Source of the DNA: a virus
Strand: one strand, 5' to 3'
IMG/VR virus record: IMGVR_UViG_3300044712_001062
Location: 71,062-135,061 of that record
DNA length: 64,000 nt
In this document: positions 59,117 through 64,000 of the stretch, piece by piece
Position numbering within the stretch: position 1 is the first letter of the stretch
How the letters are laid out: each line of letters starts with the position of its first letter
The notes under the pieces: generated by a model
What the model was told of the DNA's origin: nothing
What the model saw: the letters and a program-made list of their open reading frames with translations, nothing else
Database searches by the model: none
Position numbers and translations under genes: made by a program

Positions 59117-61132
59117 GTGAGTGATATTACTGGAAAGTTCCCCGATCTTTTTCGTAACTGCGTATTATGGTGGCCGGGCGTGTTTGTAGCGTCGTCTGCG
59201 TCTACGAAGACAGTAACTGCCAGTGGGAACGCCCAACCCATATTCCCTACCCGTGCAAGCGGTGTTGCGGTTTTTGACGGGACCGGCGACTGGATAACTA
59301 CTCCAGCAGCAGCGGAGTTCAATTTCGGAACTGGTGATTTTACAATAGAGTTCTATTTCTACACTGGTAGCACTGGGGGATACCTGTTTTCGTATGACAG
59401 TGGATCGGAATACCATTCGTGTTATATCAGCGGTAGCAGTATTACCTGGAAGAACTACCATTCGGGAGCACAGCAGTGGGCTGTATCCGAGTCGTTCAGT
59501 GTCAACACACTTACCCATGTTGCATTAGTAAGACAGGGTGCAAGCCAGCGAATGTATATTAACGGTGTTCTGGGGTCTGGGCCAGGCACGTATTCTGGCA
59601 GGGTTGCCAATGGCGACACGCTGTTTGCAGTCGGGAACCGTGTTAACGAAGGAGGAACACCGTTTACCGGGTTAATGAGTGAGTTTATCGTATCTAATGT
59701 TGCTCGATACACTGGGTCGTTTGCTCCAAGGTCTATACGGTTTGTCGCAGATTCCAGCACATTGATGTGGTTACGGTGCAGTGCAAATGGCACTACTATA
59801 ACAGATAGCAGTCCATACGCCCGTGCAATGTCACGAATGGGCGATGTCAAATGTATAGCATCCCCGTTAACTGATGGCGGTGGAGGAATCTTTGACGGGA
59901 CTGGGGATTACCTTACGATCCCTGATAGCGCAGACTTTGCGTTTGGGTCGTCTGACTACTGTATAGAGTTCTGGATCAACACCACGAACCACGGTGCGTC
60001 GAACGGAACTCTGGTCTACCAAGGAGACGCATCTGGGACAGGCAGTTCAATTGCAACATGTATTCAGATCATTAATGGGTGGATATTCTTTTATCCTGAT
60101 TATTCTAACACCCCGCAGCACCCAATTAATTCAAATGGTGCGTTAAATAACGGTGCGTGGCACCATATTGCGTGTGTTAAAGAAGGAACTGTCTATAGCA
60201 TGTATGTTGACGGGGTGCGGGTTAGCACAACCACACTTACATGGAGTGGGATTGACTCTGCAAACCCATTGACAATAGGTGCAATGACCAGTGGGACATA
60301 CAACCCATATAACGGGTATATGGCAGAACTCCGGGTATCAGTAGGCACAAACCGGTATACTGGATCGTCTATAACATATCCAACCAGAGCGTTTACCACC
60401 GACTCGTATACAAAACTACTGATCCATTTCTGGGGAACGGCATCTGTTGATTCCAGTGGTCCTGCGTTATACGACGAGTTCCCGATCATCCCTTCGGGTG
60501 TAACTGTAACTCCTGCGGGAACGTGGACGAAAGACAGTTTGGGTAACAACAAGTCAGTGATGAAGTTCGACGGGTCTACGAACTATTTGAGTTTGACGGA
60601 CGTTGATTCGTGGAGTTTTGGGGCAGGTGATTTTACATTTTGTGGATGGGTGAAACTTAATTCAACAGATTCTACTGGGCCTGCATTATTTTGTCAGTCA
60701 AATGCTGGCGGATATCAGCCCGTATTTTTCGGCATTGAAACTCTCAAGATATATACTCAAGGCTCTTATAATGGCACTACGTGGGGAATATCAGGAAATT
60801 ATGGTAGTACTACTCTATCGTCATCAACTTGGTATCATGTAACATTATATCGAACCGGGGGATATATAAAATGTCTATTAAATGGAGTTGATGATGGGAT
60901 TAGTATTAATGTGGGATCTAATACTTTATTTGATTCAACTGGATTGGCATATATCGGTTACAATCGACCCGCATTTACTGATCTCGCTCCATGCAACATC
61001 AAAGACCTCTTGATCTACAAAGGCCGTGCATTGACCGTCCCCGAGATAAAACTGATCATGGCACGAACTCATCCCACGACTGGCACAGGTATGATACCGG
61101 GGCCTTATGACTATTGGAGGCTTACAGCATGA
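59117..61132 (+). CDS. LamG/concanavalin-like multi-domain adhesin
   Basis: FDGTGD..., DFTIE, WHHIA.V and E.R.S..ARYT repeats; three LamG modules. Confidence 0.85.
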   Translation: MSDITGKFPDLFRNCVLWWPGVFVASSASTKTVTASGNAQPIFPTRASGVAVFDGTGDWITTPAAAEFNFGTGDFTIEFYFYTGSTGGYLFSYDSGSEYHSCYISGSSITWKNYHSGAQQWAVSESFSVNTLTHVALVRQGASQRMYINGVLGSGPGTYSGRVANGDTLFAVGNRVNEGGTPFTGLMSEFIVSNVARYTGSFAPRSIRFVADSSTLMWLRCSANGTTITDSSPYARAMSRMGDVKCIASPLTDGGGGIFDGTGDYLTIPDSADFAFGSSDYCIEFWINTTNHGASNGTLVYQGDASGTGSSIATCIQIINGWIFFYPDYSNTPQHPINSNGALNNGAWHHIACVKEGTVYSMYVDGVRVSTTTLTWSGIDSANPLTIGAMTSGTYNPYNGYMAELRVSVGTNRYTGSSITYPTRAFTTDSYTKLLIHFWGTASVDSSGPALYDEFPIIPSGVTVTPAGTWTKDSLGNNKSVMKFDGSTNYLSLTDVDSWSFGAGDFTFCGWVKLNSTDSTGPALFCQSNAGGYQPVFFGIETLKIYTQGSYNGTTWGISGNYGSTTLSSSTWYHVTLYRTGGYIKCLLNGVDDGISINVGSNTLFDSTGLAYIGYNRPAFTDLAPCNIKDLLIYKGRALTVPEIKLIMARTHPTTGTGMIPGPYDYWRLTA

Positions 61133-61875
61133 CTTTAACGACATACACCCAATATACAGAGTTATTTCGAAATTGCGTTTTACATTGGCAGGGAACTAAC
61201 GAGACTAACCTCGGGTTCCCGTTTCTGCCTGCAGGAGTGACAGTAACCCCGAATGGGACATGGGCGAATTCTCTTAACCTTGGGAACAATGTTACACTGA
61301 AAACTTTCGACGGGTCAACGAACTATATATCGCTGCTTGATGATGCATCATGGGATTTCTGGATAGATGCAGCATCTATATCATTTTGGATAAAGTTCAA
61401 TTCGATATCAGCCGGTGTTATATTCAATGTATATAGCCAGTATGCAGATTCTTCAAACTGGGCTTCGATATATTGGCAACAGTCATCCGGATTATTGTTT
61501 TTCCAGCGGTATGTTAGCGGGAGCAGTAATGGTAATCATGCCGTATCATTATCCCCTGCTTTGGGGAACTGGTATCACGTTGCGTTTGTAAAATCTTCTG
61601 CAACAGGAACTCCATCTGTTTATATTAATGGGGTATTGCAGGTGCTATCCACTTCGGTTGCACAAACCGATTCTTCTACGGTGTTCGCTGCAGCCGCTTT
61701 GATTGGTAGAAATGGTGCAGGGACAGTGTTTGGAAACGGAAACATCAAAGATTTGCTTATCTACAAAGGCAAAGCGTTAGCCGGTGCTGAAATCGGTGCT
61801 ATCATGAAAATGTCCCACCCGACAACGGGTAAAGGACTTGTCGCGTTATATCCCGGTGTGAGGGGTGTAGAGTAA
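61129..61875 (+). CDS. single LamG domain protein
   Basis: FDGSTNY...WYHVAFV...NIKDLLIY; ATGA overlap with the upstream gene. Confidence 0.8.
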   Translation: MTLTTYTQYTELFRNCVLHWQGTNETNLGFPFLPAGVTVTPNGTWANSLNLGNNVTLKTFDGSTNYISLLDDASWDFWIDAASISFWIKFNSISAGVIFNVYSQYADSSNWASIYWQQSSGLLFFQRYVSGSSNGNHAVSLSPALGNWYHVAFVKSSATGTPSVYINGVLQVLSTSVAQTDSSTVFAAAALIGRNGAGTVFGNGNIKDLLIYKGKALAGAEIGAIMKMSHPTTGKGLVALYPGVRGVE

Positions 61876-61920
61876 TGCTGTCGCATTCCGCAACCATCCG
61901 TTTCACGGAGGTCGAATAAT

Positions 61921-63870
61921 ATGTCGTTAACAAGTATCAACGGGTTGAAACAGAACAACTGTATCCTCCATTGGCCTGGTGGAGTATCTACAGCCAATGC
62001 ACCGAAGACTATCACTGCTAACGGTGACGCTAAACAACTGTTACCGTTTCCGGGTGCTGGTATTGGGAGGTTTGATGGTACGGGGGATTATATATCTACT
62101 CCTGCTTCTACCGAGTTGAATATATTCAACTCTGATTTTACAATAGAGACACTGGTGACATTTAATTCGGTTGCAGCGTCATGTCCCTTATATGGCCAAT
62201 ATGCAGATGCTAATAACGGGGTAACCGTTTACTGGGATTATGCAAACCAAATATACCTTTGGGGAAAATCAGGGGGCACAATAAAGTTCTCATATAATTG
62301 TTCGTTCACTCCTGTAGTCAACACATGGTATCATATTGTGGTTGTGAGGTCTGGATCTGCGTGTTTAATGTTTATTAATGGTGTATCACAGTCTGTAACT
62401 ACGACAACTGCATTTACAACCCTTGCTGATATATCTGCACCTGTATTGATTGGAAATTACAATGTGATATATCATAATGGAAATTTGTCTGAGTTCCGTA
62501 TATCCAACGTAGCCCGTTACACTGCATCGTTTACTCCTCCATACCGACAACTCCAGAACGATAGCAACACGAAACTGTTACTGCATTTCCTCGCTAACAA
62601 TGCCACGTTCGTAGACTCGTCACCGTCACCCAAGACGATCACCGCTTCCGGGAACGCTACCCAGTTGACCAGCCCGTGCGGGTCAGGAATTGCAGCGTTC
62701 GATGGGACAGGGGATTATCTTACTGCCCCGTATTCAGCGGATCTTTATACAAACGGGGATTTTACATTAGAATGTAATGTCATGTGGAAGTCGTATCCTG
62801 CAACCGATGGCTATATAGTTGTTATAAATTCTGGTTCTGCTGGAAATACTGCATTGTGTTTGATTGAAACATATAATGGACAACTTGCAGTTTCAACACA
62901 TGATGGATCTGCACGTTGGGTATTTGGATCAACCGTTTCATTGAATGTTCAATATCATATAGCAGTTGTAAAAACTGGAACAACATTGAAATTGTATGTA
63001 GATGGTTCATATGTTAATCAATACACGGGATTGGGCACAATCACCAATTCAAGTGGGTTATCATATGTAGGGAGACAAGCAAATACAACAATCCCCGGCT
63101 ATTGCAATGCATATGTTTCAGAAGTTAGATTCAGCAATGTTGCCCGTTACACCGCAACATTTACTCCACCCACTCAACCGTTCCGTCCAGACCCGAATAC
63201 CAAGTTGCTCCTGCATATGGATGGTATAGGTGCAGCGTTCTACGATGCCAGTGACGCACCGGGTGACAATGGATTCACTATTCTCCCCGATGGATGCACC
63301 GTAACACCCAGTGGAACATTTACAACCCAGAAAATGAAAAATGGCAGGAATATCTGGAAGTTTGACGGCAGCACGAATTATGTGAGTTTGAGCGATAATG
63401 CAGTATGGGATATTTATGCAAATGATTTTACCGTTTGTTTTTGGATAAACTTCGGAGCGATATCTGCAGACTTTGATGTAATTTCGCAATATAATTCATC
63501 GACGTCATATACCCGATTGCACTGGAGGCAATCTGCAAACTATTTTAGGTTTTTTAGTGTTACATCCACTGGAGTAAATGGATTTATATTCAGATGTGAT
63601 TTGGCATCCCCACCAACAAATGCGTGGTATCATGTTACATTTGTAAGATCTGGATCTACTGGGTTGATTTATTTTAATGGTATCAAACAAACAGTAACTA
63701 CAGATGCCGCATTTGATACAAGTGTTACCACAATTGCTGCTAATTTACTGATTGGTGGATTCAATAATGCATCTACATCTAATGGAAACATCAAAGACCT
63801 GATGATTTTCAAACGTGCGTTGACACTTGACCAGATCTGGGCGTTGATGGACGACACATTTATATATTGA
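61921..63870 (+). CDS. LamG/concanavalin-like multi-domain adhesin
   Basis: Same three-module architecture as 59117..61132. Confidence 0.85.
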   Translation: MSLTSINGLKQNNCILHWPGGVSTANAPKTITANGDAKQLLPFPGAGIGRFDGTGDYISTPASTELNIFNSDFTIETLVTFNSVAASCPLYGQYADANNGVTVYWDYANQIYLWGKSGGTIKFSYNCSFTPVVNTWYHIVVVRSGSACLMFINGVSQSVTTTTAFTTLADISAPVLIGNYNVIYHNGNLSEFRISNVARYTASFTPPYRQLQNDSNTKLLLHFLANNATFVDSSPSPKTITASGNATQLTSPCGSGIAAFDGTGDYLTAPYSADLYTNGDFTLECNVMWKSYPATDGYIVVINSGSAGNTALCLIETYNGQLAVSTHDGSARWVFGSTVSLNVQYHIAVVKTGTTLKLYVDGSYVNQYTGLGTITNSSGLSYVGRQANTTIPGYCNAYVSEVRFSNVARYTATFTPPTQPFRPDPNTKLLLHMDGIGAAFYDASDAPGDNGFTILPDGCTVTPSGTFTTQKMKNGRNIWKFDGSTNYVSLSDNAVWDIYANDFTVCFWINFGAISADFDVISQYNSSTSYTRLHWRQSANYFRFFSVTSTGVNGFIFRCDLASPPTNAWYHVTFVRSGSTGLIYFNGIKQTVTTDAAFDTSVTTIAANLLIGGFNNASTSNGNIKDLMIFKRALTLDQIWALMDDTFIY

Positions 63871-64000
63871 TTGGGCAAATATTAAATAGTAAATGAGGTT
63901 AATTCTGATACTAAAACGTTTTAGTAGGTAATTATCATGGGAAAATTAGTACAGGCAGCCACAGAGGCTTTTAACAACTGGAAAGCAACCACCCCAGTTA

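Noticed and set aside
53942-63870. Diversity-generating retroelement acting on fibre genes
   Set aside because: No reverse transcriptase and no TR/VR pair differing only at adenines was seen in this window.
20491-63878. Numerous short antisense or alternate-frame ORFs inside structural genes
   Set aside because: Shadow ORFs of long, well-supported + strand genes with no recognisable motifs.

Overview
This 64 kb window is part of the genome of a large, AT-rich, tailed archaeal virus (Caudoviricetes, long non-contractile tail). The host is probably a methanogen. The archaeal signals are TATA-box/leaderless promoters, an HMf-type histone, a tRNA-Gln with an A1:U72 pair, and PKD/DUF2341 proteins. 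From 1 to 14 kb the + strand is G/T-rich. This part holds a truncated RuvB-like ATPase, an array of small minus-strand ORFs each preceded by a repeated ~25 bp motif, a 1.3 kb structured non-coding island (tRNA-Leu(CAA) and a ~170 nt RNA with a closing stem), RNase HI and an Ocr-like acidic protein. Strand composition flips sharply at ~14.2 kb, in a region with iteron-like repeats. From 14 to 21 kb are accessory genes: SPFH-like protein, a truncated capsid-protein paralog, histone, tRNA-Gln and a PD-(D/E)XK nuclease. From 21 to 64 kb is the morphogenesis module: TerL, portal, protease/scaffold, capsid, neck, three paralogous tail-tube genes, a tail chaperone with a UCC_UUU_CGA +1 frameshift, a 2318-aa tape measure protein with an ART-like insert, and many fibre/LamG adhesins. 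The most unusual signal is a dispersed family of seven TATA-driven ~60 nt G-U-rich hairpin elements with conserved ends. Their end motifs and one promoter-proximal 11-mer recur in the ~170 nt RNA locus. All calls come from reading motifs by eye; no searches or folding programs were run.
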